A stretch of DNA of 64,000 bases from Candidatus Poribacteria bacterium (GCA_965198175.1 OZ240245.1:1216001-1280000); one strand, 5' to 3'; shown: positions 51,160-62,442, counted from the first letter of the stretch. Made by a program: numbers and translations. The notes: generated from the letters alone by a model not told the origin.

Positions 51160-52602
51160 TTAGATGATAAACATTTGCATGAATTCATTCACTGGTGTAG
51201 TTTCCAGCCGTTTCTGGTCAAGACAGAGATTCGTGATAGCTTGAACCCGCTTCGCCGGAAAACGGGTCGCTAGGTTGGCGACAAATTTTTCCTCCAACAA
51301 TGGAATCCCTTCATCTCGTCTCCGCCGATGCCCAATTGGATATTCGACGGCGACCTTTTCAGTAGTCGAGCCATCCTTGAAGCAAATCTGGAGTGCGTTT
51401 GCAATTGAGCGTTTGTACGGATCAAGATAGTCTTTGCTATAGTGGGGAGATTCAACAACTACCATTTTTTCTCGCAAGGCGTCGATGAGCGGATTATTCG
51501 CAAATTTATCTTCGTAGTGATCAGCGGTCAACTCGCCGAAGATAAGTCCAACCGCTACCATATACTGTAGGCAGTGATCTCGATCTGCGGGATTGTTCAG
51601 CGGGCCGGTTTTATCAATGATGCGAATCGCGGATTCGTGCGTCGTAATTGTAATTGCCTCGATTTCATCCAGCCGATTTTTTATCTGGCTATGCAGCTTG
51701 AAAGCACATTCGACAGCTGTCTGGGCATGAAATTCTGCTGGGAATGAAATTTTGAACAGAATATTTTTCATTACATATGTCCCATAAGGACGTTGACGGA
51801 TGAAAGGCTTTCCCTTAAACAGTACATCGTAAAATCCCCACTTCTGTGCGGACATCGCCGAATTATACCCCATTTCCCCCTTCATCGCTGACAGGGCAAG
51901 CCACACGGCACGACTGGTCGCATCCCCAGCCGCCCAGGATTTTCGAGATCCGGTGTTAGGTGCATGGCGGTAGACCCGCAAATTGCCTCCGTCGACAAAA
52001 GCGTTGGAAACCGCATTGATGATTTCGTCCGCGCCTCCTCCTAGCATCCTTGTGACGACCGCAGTTGAGGCAACTTTCACGAACAGTACGTGGTCTAATC
52101 CAACGCGGTTCAAGCTGTTTTCCAACGCGAGTACACCCTGGACCTCGTAGGCTTTAATCATAAACGTGAGAACATCACGCATCACAAGTGGCGAGCGACC
52201 TTCAGCCACGTTTCGGCGGCTCAGATAGTCCGCGGTTGCCAAGATGCCGCCTAGATTGTCAGAAGGATGTCCCCACTCTGCCGCGAGCCACGTGTCGTTG
52301 TAATCCAACCACCGAATTAGACAGCCGATATTGAACGCAGCCTGCACCGGATCTAACTCGAACTGTTGTCCCGGAACGCGGGCACCATTCGGAACGTGTG
52401 TACCAGAAATAACAGGTCCTAGGTGTTTCGTGCATTCGGGATAGCGCAGGGCTAACAAGCCACATCCAAGCGAATCGATCAGACAGTGCCGGGCGGTTTC
52501 GTAGGCGAGGTGGCTATCGATGGGGTAGTCGGCTACATACTCGGCGATATCAACGAGTATTGGGTCGGGTTCAGGGCGGTTGTTAGACGTTAAAGCCGTC
52601 AT
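51160..52602 (-). CDS. prpD: 2-methylcitrate dehydratase
   Basis: [39 protein letters not shown] and [16 protein letters not shown]. Confidence 0.95.
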   Translation of the reverse strand: MTALTSNNRPEPDPILVDIAEYVADYPIDSHLAYETARHCLIDSLGCGLLALRYPECTKHLGPVISGTHVPNGARVPGQQFELDPVQAAFNIGCLIRWLDYNDTWLAAEWGHPSDNLGGILATADYLSRRNVAEGRSPLVMRDVLTFMIKAYEVQGVLALENSLNRVGLDHVLFVKVASTAVVTRMLGGGADEIINAVSNAFVDGGNLRVYRHAPNTGSRKSWAAGDATSRAVWLALSAMKGEMGYNSAMSAQKWGFYDVLFKGKPFIRQRPYGTYVMKNILFKISFPAEFHAQTAVECAFKLHSQIKNRLDEIEAITITTHESAIRIIDKTGPLNNPADRDHCLQYMVAVGLIFGELTADHYEDKFANNPLIDALREKMVVVESPHYSKDYLDPYKRSIANALQICFKDGSTTEKVAVEYPIGHRRRRDEGIPLLEEKFVANLATRFPAKRVQAITNLCLDQKRLETTPVNEFMQMFII

Positions 52603-53021
52603 CAGAACTTTGCCCTCTCTTTATTTCAATCATGCTTCATGCTAATTTTTGAGATTATCATATTGGCCCCTAGACTCTGTATGATTATATCGAATTTCAA
52701 TGTGCTGGCGATCAAAAAAGTACGGAGAGAAGGAATAGGAGCGGGGAAACTGCGTAATGTAGAATTTGCAAAAGGGAGTGGAATTGGTAGATGTAGTGCG
52801 TTGTATTAGAAAAGGAAGTGAATGTGTCTTTGCACTCCCTTGATAGAGATGGAGTGGTAGCTCAACTGAGGGATTGTCCGTCAAAAATTGGGTATTGAGA
52901 ACAATTCAGTAATAGTGACTAGCACACAACTATCAGCAACCTGCGGGAACCTCGTCGATTGTGCAGATTACCTGAAATAAAACAAACGGAAACGTAGCTT
53001 CAAAGCACGAATACTTGGAGA

Positions 53022-54227
53022 TTATTCATCTAAAATATAATTTTTAGGGTTCTTCCAACTTCTCTTCTTTGCATGATAGACACCGTAGTGCAAATGCGGG
53101 CCAGTGCTCACGCCACTATTGCCCACATAAGCAATGACTTCACCGCGTTTGACCGTTTTTCCTTTACGAACTCCATCGGCATATTTATTCAGGTGTCCAT
53201 ATACCGTTTCCATCTGTCTAGCCTCGTGTCGAATCCGAATCATCCTTCCGAGGTATCGATCCCTTGTGGCCTTAGAGACGACGCCGTCGGCAGCAGCAAG
53301 CACAGGCGTGCCAGTCCGCGCCCTAATATCTAATCCTCGATGAAATTGACGTTTTTTCGTAATCGGGTGGGAACGCCAGCCAAATCCCGAAGAATACCAA
53401 TACGGCTTCATCTTGTTTCCTTCGGGATAAACGTCAAGCTTGCCCCTTGCCTTATAGACTACGTACGTATGGTTGTTAGCACTATCGGCTATCCACCACT
53501 CACTATCTTCCTTTTCAGTCGAAATGGAAAAATCTTGAGAAAGCGATATCCCATTAGCTTCAAACGCCTGCCTCAACTCTTCTGAGATATTTCCGCCGTT
53601 CGGATCCACAGGGTTTTCTAGTCTGACACTGAAAAGTAACTGCTCTCGCACTTTAATTGGCAAAATAGAGGGCATTTCATTGACTGCTTTCACAGCGCTT
53701 ACAACATGATCGTAAATTGGTTGAATCTCGTTTTTCAAGAGGCGAATTTGAGCGAGTCTAGAGTTACTTGTGGGGGAATCGTCCGTTGAACCGGGGGCAA
53801 ATTCTATGCTATGGGTGTCCTGGGGTCGTGTTCTAAGAATAGATTCTTGTTCAGCATCTTCAAATTCTTCCGTATCAAATCCAGCTCCACCTTGTCCGAG
53901 AATTCCCTTCTCTGTACTAATTCCCAAAACATGTCCCGTTTTGTCAAACATGTCCCGTACCTGTTCCATCTCATTGTCTAATGATTCAAGCCAACTCTGT
54001 TGGTCGGTTTTAAGCAGTTCGTTTTCAGCATGTACGGATTGCAATTGAGTATGGATAGAGTGTACCTTGCTCTTAGAATAAATGCCATAGCCAATTCCGC
54101 CTAAGGCGCCAACTAATATAATACAGAACAGAAATTTCAATAACCGGAAAACACCATGTTCAATTGCATATTGGCGCATTGACCCGTTGTCGGATGACAT
54201 GACAACAATCGTATATATATCCTTCAC
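53022..54227 (-). CDS. M23 family metallopeptidase with N-terminal TM/coiled coil and an inserted domain
   Basis: SSGFGWRSHP....FHRGLDI, YGHL and STGPHLHY. Confidence 0.9.
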   Translation of the reverse strand: MKDIYTIVVMSSDNGSMRQYAIEHGVFRLLKFLFCIILVGALGGIGYGIYSKSKVHSIHTQLQSVHAENELLKTDQQSWLESLDNEMEQVRDMFDKTGHVLGISTEKGILGQGGAGFDTEEFEDAEQESILRTRPQDTHSIEFAPGSTDDSPTSNSRLAQIRLLKNEIQPIYDHVVSAVKAVNEMPSILPIKVREQLLFSVRLENPVDPNGGNISEELRQAFEANGISLSQDFSISTEKEDSEWWIADSANNHTYVVYKARGKLDVYPEGNKMKPYWYSSGFGWRSHPITKKRQFHRGLDIRARTGTPVLAAADGVVSKATRDRYLGRMIRIRHEARQMETVYGHLNKYADGVRKGKTVKRGEVIAYVGNSGVSTGPHLHYGVYHAKKRSWKNPKNYILDE

Positions 54228-54301
54228 GAAATTCCCCCCTTAATATCACGGTCACGCAACCTGGATTTTGATGATGACAAGTTTTGAAACGATTTTAGAA
54301 T

Positions 54302-55299
54302 AGACATCTTTCCAAAATAAGTATCCGTTTGTTATGATTTTACGTTATTCCTTTCAAACATCTTCTATTGTAGAAAGGATAACCATGAGTCAATTTGAAA
54401 AATCAGTAGCGTTATCAGATGAGCAATTTCTGAGAGCCGTTGGTGTTGACAAGGCAACTTTCAATGTCATTTTGGAGCGTGTGGCTGCTCATCTCGAAAG
54501 GATTCGAGATGAGCAGCCGATGAAGAAACGAGGACGGAAATCGGGGCTGCCATTGATTGACCGCCTTCTATTGACATTCACCTATTTGCGTCACTATCCA
54601 ACCTTTGCCAGGTTAGGCTCGGAGTTCGGTATCAGTGAGTCTTATGCAAATAAAATCTATCATCAGATACTTGATGTGTTGGTTAACGTGTTTTCGATGA
54701 AGAATCGAAAGCACTTGTTAGCGGGCAATCTCCAAACAATCGTCATTGATGCTACCGAGCAACCCATTGAATGTCCAACAAAAGGACAACGTGTCTACTA
54801 CAGCGGTAAAAAAAACGGCACACCATAAAAGTTCAATTGATTGCGTGTTTGGCGATGTTAGAACTAGTGTCGGTTATCTGCCGCAAAGGCAGCGTTCACG
54901 ATTACCGAATTCTAGAGGAAAGCCGTCTGGCAATTTCCCCCGAAACTGAGAAGTTGGCTGACAGTGGTTATCAGGGCATAGCCAAACGGTATGCCAACAG
55001 TTCGACGCCCATCAAGAAATGTCGGAGCAAGCCGTTGACTCAGGAGGCGAAGCAATTCAACCGACAGTTGGCAACACGCAGGATTGCCATTGAGCATATC
55101 GTCAGACGGTGTAAGATTTTTCGCATCACCAAAGACATCTATCGAGGCAAACATCGCAACTATGGGAAAACATGGAATGTGATTGCCGCAATTGTTAACC
55201 TGAGACACGCCTCCCCATGTTGGCAACCAGTATAGTTATTATCATCTACAAGATTACTGTAACTATAGAACCTGATAAATCTATTTTGGAAAGATGTCT
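54302..55299 (+). mobile_element. IS5-family insertion sequence, 998 bp (IS702/ISL2-like)
   Basis: Perfect 18-bp terminal inverted repeats AGACATCTTTCCAAAATA / TATTTTGGAAAGATGTCT; AAT on both flanks (54299-301, 55300-302). Confidence 0.92.
54385..55235 (+). CDS. IS5-family DDE transposase in two ORFs joined by a -1 frameshift
   Basis: HTH ORF (LLLTFTYLRHYPTF, IDATEQPI); A8 run at 54808-54815 gives YSGKKKRHTIKVQL on -1 shift; ADSGYQG and RIAIEH motifs. Confidence 0.88.
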
Positions 55300-55327
55300 A
55301 ATGTTACGATGAATGTTACGACACGGT

Positions 55328-55356
55328 AGTATAGCACAAATCCTAACTTTAAGCAA
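55328..55356 (-). promoter_or_regulatory. Candidate sigma70 promoter facing the IS and the M23 gene
   Basis: Minus strand TTGCTT-17 nt-TATACT with TG extension. Confidence 0.45.
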
Positions 55357-55586
55357 GCCGGTTGTTCAAAATAACTAAGCCACGAAATCGAAAGTCCTAG
55401 TTGGCCCACTTATTTGACCAAGTTTCCAGTGCGTAACGGACAATACGTGTGATGTGGCAAAGACGTTTCAGGAAACTCTACGAACCGTGCGTTATCAAAC
55501 TCGGCGGGTTCTCAATGTTCCTCAATCTTCAGCTTGAGCGGTCCAGTTGTTGTGCTGGGGTAGCATCTGTGGTTAGGAAACTAACA

Positions 55587-55615
55587 GTGACACATCATGT
55601 TTACTATGATATACT
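55587..55615 (+). promoter_or_regulatory. Candidate sigma70 promoter of the C25 protease gene
   Basis: GTGACA-17 nt-TATACT with TG extension. Confidence 0.45.
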
Positions 55616-55839
55616 TATAGGCATGAAGAGCGCTGCCTGATGGATAGATTTATAGTCTAAATTTGGTTAACAGAGAGAAAGATGTCAAGTTGGATTCAGT
55701 CTTATGGAATCGGGATGTTGGGTTGTGCATCATTCATGCGGGTGAAGGATCCGATTTGATAATTTCACTAAGTAACAGAGCAAGATATACGAAACGTAAA
55801 ATTCATGATTTGCGATTTTGAGGAGGAAAATATTACTCG

Positions 55840-58800
55840 ATGAGTCACTGTCATTGCCGGGCAGATATGAAAGCTGAAATCTACCAAATCGAAGTCCTCT
55901 CAGTTCCATCTGGCTTCTCCCAAGGGGCAGGCATACGGGTATTATTTCTACTTAATTTACTTTGTTGTTCTCTACTTTGTGCTTTCGCTGCAAAGGGCTA
56001 TTCGGCGGTGCATGCGAAATCTGATTCCAATGGGATAACCGTAGAGTTTGACCTACCTGAACTTACTGTTTCAACTATAGAACATCATGGAGTTCGATAT
56101 CGGTCAGTTCGCTACAAAGGAAGTGGGTTAACCAATGAAGCGGGTAGTCCCCAACTGCCTGTTTCACGTGTTGTGCTGGGTGTGCCGCCTAATGCGAGTT
56201 TTCATGTTGAAGTAACTCATGCGACGCACCAAACACGACGCATCTCTCGTATTTCTCCTGTCCCCCACCGTGTTCCGCAAACAGGTTCAGAAGGCATCCA
56301 AATCCTTGTGGATGAGTGGCGCGACGATGGTGCCGTCTATCAAAGTGAAGACGCCCATTATCCTCAATCGCTAGCACAAATTGTTTACGATGGCTACATT
56401 CGATCGCAACGGGTTATTCTTCTCGAACTTCACCCTGTCCAATATCAACCACGAACGAGATCATTGCTGATTCATCCCCGCTTGGTTGTTCGTGTCCATT
56501 TTGATTATGCCCCGACTCGCCCGCGCGCCTCAGGTTACTCCGGCTCCCCTACAAATCGGTCTATTTTCTCGACGAGATCGGTTGAACCAGTAGTGTTCGA
56601 GCGGATGTTCCAAAGGCAGCTCTTGAACTACGATGAAGCCGGGCGTTGGCGTGTCCCAAGAGAACAGCAGATTGCGTCTGCTCCTGCAACCCAGCAATCA
56701 ACTGTCGATGGGCGGTATAAGATTCTCATTGACAAAACTGGTATTTATCGGCTGACAAGTGAAGATTTGCTTCAGGAGTGGAATATAGATTTGAGAGATG
56801 TCGATCCCCGATATCTCCATCTGCGACGTTACCACGCAGAACACGGCAACGAGAGTCAAGAAATCCCAATATACATTCGCGGCGAAGCCGATGGACGTTT
56901 TAATCGAGGCGATTACCTTGAATTTTTTGGCTTAGATGCCGAGAGCAAATATACACGCTGGAATGTCTATTGGCTCACCGTGGAGCGGACACGCGGGAAG
57001 CGCGTCACAGAAATTAACGCCCACCCCGGCGATCCGAGGGCGAAGACCGTACCTGTATTTCGATCTAAGGTTGTCTTCGAGGAAGACCATCTCACCAGCA
57101 ACCTAGAGCATGTTTCACCTGAAGATGTATCACCCGGGAACAAGCACGGCTGGTTCGAGTCAATTGACTTTTGGTATTGGACAGGCATCAAAAACGCTGG
57201 CGACTTCAATGACGATAATCTAGAATTTCCGCTGTATGACCTTACGCAAAGCTTTGTGCAACCTAGAATTCGGGTTTTGCTGCAAGGAGGCGCACCCACA
57301 AAGCATGAAATCCTAGTTTCAGTGAATGGGATAAGGATTGACAATGCAATATGGTCCGACCAAAATGTCGCAACGGTCGAACGAACACTGCGCGCATGGG
57401 ACAATTTGCAAGACATCACCAAGAACGAAAGGAACGTGCTGACGATAACCCGGGTAGATACCACAACGGAAGATGATACCACTCGCTATCCCTACCATGC
57501 CTACATTAATTCCTTCGAGGTTGAGTACACCCGTCTGTTAAAAGCGGTCAACGATTACCTTGCTTTCTCCTCCCCAGCTAGTACGGAGCCGTATGCTGTT
57601 CGCAAACACCGCACGTTGGAATACACAGTTCAGAGTTTCCTCTCACCGGATGTGGAAATTTTTGAGTACGATGGCGAGGTTCTTACCGCGAAGCTGCAAA
57701 ACCCCAAAATAGATCGTGTGCATCTCAATCGAGCTGACCGGAATCGCCTTCGGCTAATTTTTCGAGAGAACAGCGATGTAGGAGTAGCGCAGGAACAAAC
57801 GGTATCTCTAAGTGATATTCCACACCAAGCCTACAACGCAACTTTCCACGCACCGGATTCTCACGATGCCAAGTTCCTTGCGGTTTCGCCCGCCGGTGTG
57901 CGCAGGCCCGTTCGTGTCGCATACGTTCCTCCTACTGATTTACTTTCTCCGTCCAACGGTGCGGACTATCTGATTATTAGCCATCCAGTCTTTTTTGAAG
58001 CGTCCCATAGATTAGCCGATTGGCGATCGACTTCCAAAGGCGGTGGACACCGCACGAAAGTTGTCAATGTGAACCAGATTTATAATACCTTCAGCAACGG
58101 CATGGTAGACCCGAATGCCATTAAAGCATTCCTGACCTACGCTTATAAGAACTGGCAACCGCCTGCGCTCTCTTACCTTGTTATCATGGGAGATGGGACC
58201 TATGATCACCAGGGAACTGACGAAGAGATTTATCTCGATCCTCCGGAATTGATAGGGTATATTCCCACACACTATATCTGGACAAGTTCATTCGGACGTA
58301 CTTCAATTGATCACTGGTATGCAACGGTGAGCGGGATTGACGAACTTGCAGATTTCTATGTCGGAAGACTCAGCGCAGAAGTGCCTGAATCCGCCAATGA
58401 GATTGTCGAAAAAATCATCAACTACGAGGGGGAAAGACCCAATGGCAGCTGGCGTCGTCAGATTATTTCAGTTGCGGACGACGAGATTAATAACTCCGGA
58501 GATTTCATTTTCAAGAAAAGCTTGACTGAAGTTGCACAGAGCCATACCTTACTCGGCTATGAAACGACACGAATCTTTCTCGAAGACATTATTAAAGAGG
58601 TTAGTGCAAATCCTGAAGCTTACGGCAGCAAATTACCTAAGCACGTCGCGAAGGAGATGATTATAAATACAATGGGCAAAGGCGCCGTCATTGCTCAATA
58701 TGCTGGACATGGTGGAAGAATCGTTTGGGCGCATGAAGCGATTTTTGACAACGCCTCAATTGACCGCGTTGATCAGACAGAGCATCTCCCGTTTATGCTC

Positions 58801-61800
58801 GTGTTGAGCTGTTACAACGGTTATTTTGATGCTCCTGGCGAACCGAGTATGGCTGAAAAGCTACTTCGAAAAGAGAAGGGCGGCATAATCGGCATGCTCA
58901 GCGCCACTCGTTTGACGTACGGCAGTGGCAACGATACCCTCAACCGAATCATCTTCGACAATCTCTTTAAGCGAAACGTGCGTGGACTCGGGGAACTCAG
59001 CTTTGATTCCAAAGTGGAACTACTAATCCGTGACGGGATTGGTCAGATTGACGTGATGATGGAGTATACGCTCTTCGGAGATCCAGCGATGAATCTAGCA
59101 ATAGCGGATTATGAGATGCAACCCGAGGTCAAGACAAAAACGGTAGCGCCAGGTGAAACGCTCAGAATCGCTCCAGGTGAGATTTTTGAGGTCGAATACG
59201 ATTCCGGACGCAAGCAGAAACAATTTACTCCATTGTCAGATTTTAACGGGACGTTACAGGTCAAAGCTGTATTTCCTGGCACACATAAAATTGTTGAGAG
59301 AGAGGAAGGGGCAGTGGAAGCTTACTCCGGCGATGTAATCGTTACTCAGGACACAAGAGTCAGCAATGGAAAATTCCCTGCCATTTCCCTTCCGGTACCT
59401 AAGGGTATCAGCGCAGGAAATGCCCATGTTGAATATTACGCTGAAAACACCTCGCACATTGCTGTTGGCGGCGATTCTTTCACAGTGCTTGTACCGAAAA
59501 TCCTTGACATACAGCCGGAGGTCGTCAGTGATACGACCTTCCGTATTTCAGTACAGGTCTCCGACGAACTTGAGAGTCAGGGAATAAAGGAAATCCACCT
59601 AGACTGGCGAAATCCTCTTACGCGGGAGTGGACGCAGGTCACAATGGACAGAGCCCCATCGCGCGGCGGGGGATGGTATACAACCCCGAAGCCTTTACCC
59701 TTGTCCCCCAACGGTGCGCCGATTCGGTATGAAATCATCGTGACTGATATTGATAATCACACCACAGCCTCTGATACACTTGAATTCCGCCCGTTTGTGT
59801 TCCCGAATATAAGAGCCGTAAGAACCCAGACGTTCTCGGATGGGTTGATTTATTACGGTTACTCATACGAAGCCAACGCATGGACGTTAAACGTAGACAT
59901 TGAACAGGTCGAAGACCTCGAACTGAAGGAAAGCGTGGAAGTTGCTTTCTTTGAAGGCAACCCAGATCTCAATGAAGATTACGTTGTCGATCACAATGCT
60001 AGGGTGATAGACAGAGTGCTGATTCGTCCCAATAGTTGGCAGCGCAGAAATCCGCTTGAACCGCACAAGACCTCAATCAACGGCAACGGTCAAAAGCCCC
60101 CGCTAGCATTTAAGGAAACACCGCTCAACACGAACTGGATAGCGACCGCGACAATCCAGCACGAACTGGAGATAGGCGTCCATGAAATTTTTACGTGGGT
60201 CGATCCGGTATTTGATTCTGATGTAGACACATCTCAGACAAAGTCCATACAGGGTAAGCTTCGTGAAGGAAACGAGACCGATAATATCAATGTCCGTCGC
60301 ATCTCCGTTCAAGGAACGGTGGTCGGCCGGTCAGATCGACGCATTTTTAGTCAGGATGGTGTCATCGATTTTCGCGTCCCGGCGCGCAACATCCCGCAGC
60401 CTGCTGTGCTGACCATTACGCCGCTGAGCAGCAAGGAACAACCCGCCTCCGCGCAGCAACCAACTCTAAGGCCGATTGGGCTGCCGAATGGAGTTGATAC
60501 GGTTGCCTACGATACCGCGCTAGAATCTACTCCGTCGGGAGACATTCAACTAAACGCGCCAATTATAGCGGAACTTCGTTTTGATCTCGAAGCATTACGG
60601 GCAACAGTCAGAGGTGAACTCGGCTTAACGGATATTTTCAATCTTGAACCGGATCAGGTTGCCGCCATTAACGAAGGGGCTGAACAACAAGCCAAGGAGA
60701 TTGGCATGTACCTTTGGCTAGAGGTGTTGGACAAATGGGTACGATTGAATTCAGAATTAGTGACTGCTTCTAATGCCTCCATGGAGCTTCAACGGGCTTT
60801 AGCAAACGTGAGTGAATCCAATCGCGGAGATGGAGAAATCAATGGCGTTGAAATCGTGCCCACAGGCGCAAAAGTGGGCAGGTGGGTATTGATCTTCACC
60901 TCTCCAAACACATACCGTCTATTGATTAGTGAGAACGAAGAGCCGTTAGAGATTATCAATCCGAATCGGAATCTGGAGCAATTCGTAGAAACGCCTGGAC
61001 GACCAAGTTTGGGTTACGAAAATGACCTAATTATTGGTGTGAGTCCGGGCGAAAGCGAGTTTCAATTTGGTGATGTGCTAACCTTCGAGATTGCGTTAAT
61101 TGCCAATGCTGAAGGTGGACCTCCCAGCCTTTACGCTTCATCGTTCAAGGAGCGTAACAATGGTACAGGTGCCATCCAGTACATTCGTCTCGATCCAAAT
61201 TCGTCCATACCTTCAGATTGGTGGGTGATTTTCTTCATGGATTCGAATCACTTTCAGGTGGAAGGAGAAAAGACCGGCATCCTGTCGCAGAACGGTCAAC
61301 CGATCACCGGTAAAATCGGTGAAGAGTTTGCTTTTTCTGAATTCGGATTGACGCTCAAGATTTTGGCTAGTGAGGAGGCTTTTGAGCCAGGCGACAGTTT
61401 TCGGTTCGAAACGAAAGTGGTCGGACGGGTGCGTGCGGAAGTCCCGATACTCGGCAAGTTAGCGTTGATGCGAAGCGACGATACAATCCCTCCAGATCTT
61501 CAATTAACCGTCAGCAAGCAGAATTTTATTGATGGCGATCCGGTTTCTAAAGAGCCGCTGATTCAAGCCACACTGACGGACAACAGCGGTATCGATTACA
61601 TCACCCGCGCGATTTCTCTAGAAATCAATCAGGACAACCGAGAATTTAAACCGATTCCGCAGATGGAGTATCGCCTGAGTCATCGCCCTGGTTCCAACCA
61701 AGTTGTATTGAATTACCAATCTCCTGAGTTAGAGCCCGGTGCATACCAGGTTCGTCTCACCGCAAGCGATCTTGAGGGAAATCAATCCGAAGAAGAGATT

Positions 61801-62115
61801 GAGTTCCGCGTGCATAAGATTCTTCAGTTGCTCAAGGCGATGAACTTCGAGAATCCATTTCGCCATGGGACAACAATTACTTGTGAGCTTACAAGCGCTG
61901 CAGATTATGTGACCATGAAGATTTACAGTGTGTCAGGGCGTTTAGTGCGTGAATTTGAAGAACCAGCGCCCGCAGGATTCATGATGGTACGCTGGGATGG
62001 GCTTGATGAAGATGGCGAAGAAGTGGCGAATGGGGTTTACTACTGCAAAATCCGCGTCAAGATGTCCGGGGAAAAAGATCTCACGGAATACATCAGGATG
62101 ATGAAGTTGAAGTGA
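55840..62115 (+). CDS. Peptidase C25 (gingipain/PorU-like) protein with propeptide and C-terminal FlgD-Ig-like domain
   Basis: Propeptide G.PQLP and LHPVQY.P; KTGIYRLT; ADYLII; YLVIMGDG.YD; YAGHG (His) and LSCYNGYFD (Cys); LFGDPA; C-terminal WDG.DEDG..VANGVY. Confidence 0.88.
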   Translation: MSHCHCRADMKAEIYQIEVLSVPSGFSQGAGIRVLFLLNLLCCSLLCAFAAKGYSAVHAKSDSNGITVEFDLPELTVSTIEHHGVRYRSVRYKGSGLTNEAGSPQLPVSRVVLGVPPNASFHVEVTHATHQTRRISRISPVPHRVPQTGSEGIQILVDEWRDDGAVYQSEDAHYPQSLAQIVYDGYIRSQRVILLELHPVQYQPRTRSLLIHPRLVVRVHFDYAPTRPRASGYSGSPTNRSIFSTRSVEPVVFERMFQRQLLNYDEAGRWRVPREQQIASAPATQQSTVDGRYKILIDKTGIYRLTSEDLLQEWNIDLRDVDPRYLHLRRYHAEHGNESQEIPIYIRGEADGRFNRGDYLEFFGLDAESKYTRWNVYWLTVERTRGKRVTEINAHPGDPRAKTVPVFRSKVVFEEDHLTSNLEHVSPEDVSPGNKHGWFESIDFWYWTGIKNAGDFNDDNLEFPLYDLTQSFVQPRIRVLLQGGAPTKHEILVSVNGIRIDNAIWSDQNVATVERTLRAWDNLQDITKNERNVLTITRVDTTTEDDTTRYPYHAYINSFEVEYTRLLKAVNDYLAFSSPASTEPYAVRKHRTLEYTVQSFLSPDVEIFEYDGEVLTAKLQNPKIDRVHLNRADRNRLRLIFRENSDVGVAQEQTVSLSDIPHQAYNATFHAPDSHDAKFLAVSPAGVRRPVRVAYVPPTDLLSPSNGADYLIISHPVFFEASHRLADWRSTSKGGGHRTKVVNVNQIYNTFSNGMVDPNAIKAFLTYAYKNWQPPALSYLVIMGDGTYDHQGTDEEIYLDPPELIGYIPTHYIWTSSFGRTSIDHWYATVSGIDELADFYVGRLSAEVPESANEIVEKIINYEGERPNGSWRRQIISVADDEINNSGDFIFKKSLTEVAQSHTLLGYETTRIFLEDIIKEVSANPEAYGSKLPKHVAKEMIINTMGKGAVIAQYAGHGGRIVWAHEAIFDNASIDRVDQTEHLPFMLVLSCYNGYFDAPGEPSMAEKLLRKEKGGIIGMLSATRLTYGSGNDTLNRIIFDNLFKRNVRGLGELSFDSKVELLIRDGIGQIDVMMEYTLFGDPAMNLAIADYEMQPEVKTKTVAPGETLRIAPGEIFEVEYDSGRKQKQFTPLSDFNGTLQVKAVFPGTHKIVEREEGAVEAYSGDVIVTQDTRVSNGKFPAISLPVPKGISAGNAHVEYYAENTSHIAVGGDSFTVLVPKILDIQPEVVSDTTFRISVQVSDELESQGIKEIHLDWRNPLTREWTQVTMDRAPSRGGGWYTTPKPLPLSPNGAPIRYEIIVTDIDNHTTASDTLEFRPFVFPNIRAVRTQTFSDGLIYYGYSYEANAWTLNVDIEQVEDLELKESVEVAFFEGNPDLNEDYVVDHNARVIDRVLIRPNSWQRRNPLEPHKTSINGNGQKPPLAFKETPLNTNWIATATIQHELEIGVHEIFTWVDPVFDSDVDTSQTKSIQGKLREGNETDNINVRRISVQGTVVGRSDRRIFSQDGVIDFRVPARNIPQPAVLTITPLSSKEQPASAQQPTLRPIGLPNGVDTVAYDTALESTPSGDIQLNAPIIAELRFDLEALRATVRGELGLTDIFNLEPDQVAAINEGAEQQAKEIGMYLWLEVLDKWVRLNSELVTASNASMELQRALANVSESNRGDGEINGVEIVPTGAKVGRWVLIFTSPNTYRLLISENEEPLEIINPNRNLEQFVETPGRPSLGYENDLIIGVSPGESEFQFGDVLTFEIALIANAEGGPPSLYASSFKERNNGTGAIQYIRLDPNSSIPSDWWVIFFMDSNHFQVEGEKTGILSQNGQPITGKIGEEFAFSEFGLTLKILASEEAFEPGDSFRFETKVVGRVRAEVPILGKLALMRSDDTIPPDLQLTVSKQNFIDGDPVSKEPLIQATLTDNSGIDYITRAISLEINQDNREFKPIPQMEYRLSHRPGSNQVVLNYQSPELEPGAYQVRLTASDLEGNQSEEEIEFRVHKILQLLKAMNFENPFRHGTTITCELTSAADYVTMKIYSVSGRLVREFEEPAPAGFMMVRWDGLDEDGEEVANGVYYCKIRVKMSGEKDLTEYIRMMKLK

Positions 62116-62363
62116 TGTATTTCGGCGACTTAAGGCGACTCATCGAATACGGCGCATCCCCGCGCGCAACCATCTATTTGACAATAGCTGCCAAAGCGCA
62201 CGCTTTCATACGGGGGAGAGGTTACGTCACGCCCCAAGATGTCAAGTCAATCGGCATGGACGCGCTGCGGCATTGAGTTATCATCACCTACGAAGCGGAA
62301 GCAGAAGAGATGACATCCGAGGATATTATCTCGAAAATCTTCAACGAAGTGGAAGTGCCATAA
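62115..62363 (+). pseudogene. C-terminal remnant of a MoxR AAA+ ATPase
   Basis: LIEYGASPRATIYLTIAAKAHAFIRGRGYVTPQDVKSIGMDALRH*VIITYEAEAEEMTSEDIISKIFNEVEVP; no Walker motifs; in-frame TGA at 62274. Confidence 0.85.
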
Positions 62364-62442
62364 GCGGGAAAGTGTTGTGGCAGAATGCGTACGCTTAGTT
62401 TTGTGAGTTGCAGTTCGCTAATGGATTCATCGGTTCAACATT

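Noticed and set aside
62274..62276. Second possible selenocysteine codon, in the MoxR fragment
   Set aside because: The position corresponds to the conserved Arg of LRHR, so CGA to TGA is the simpler explanation; the gene is also truncated.
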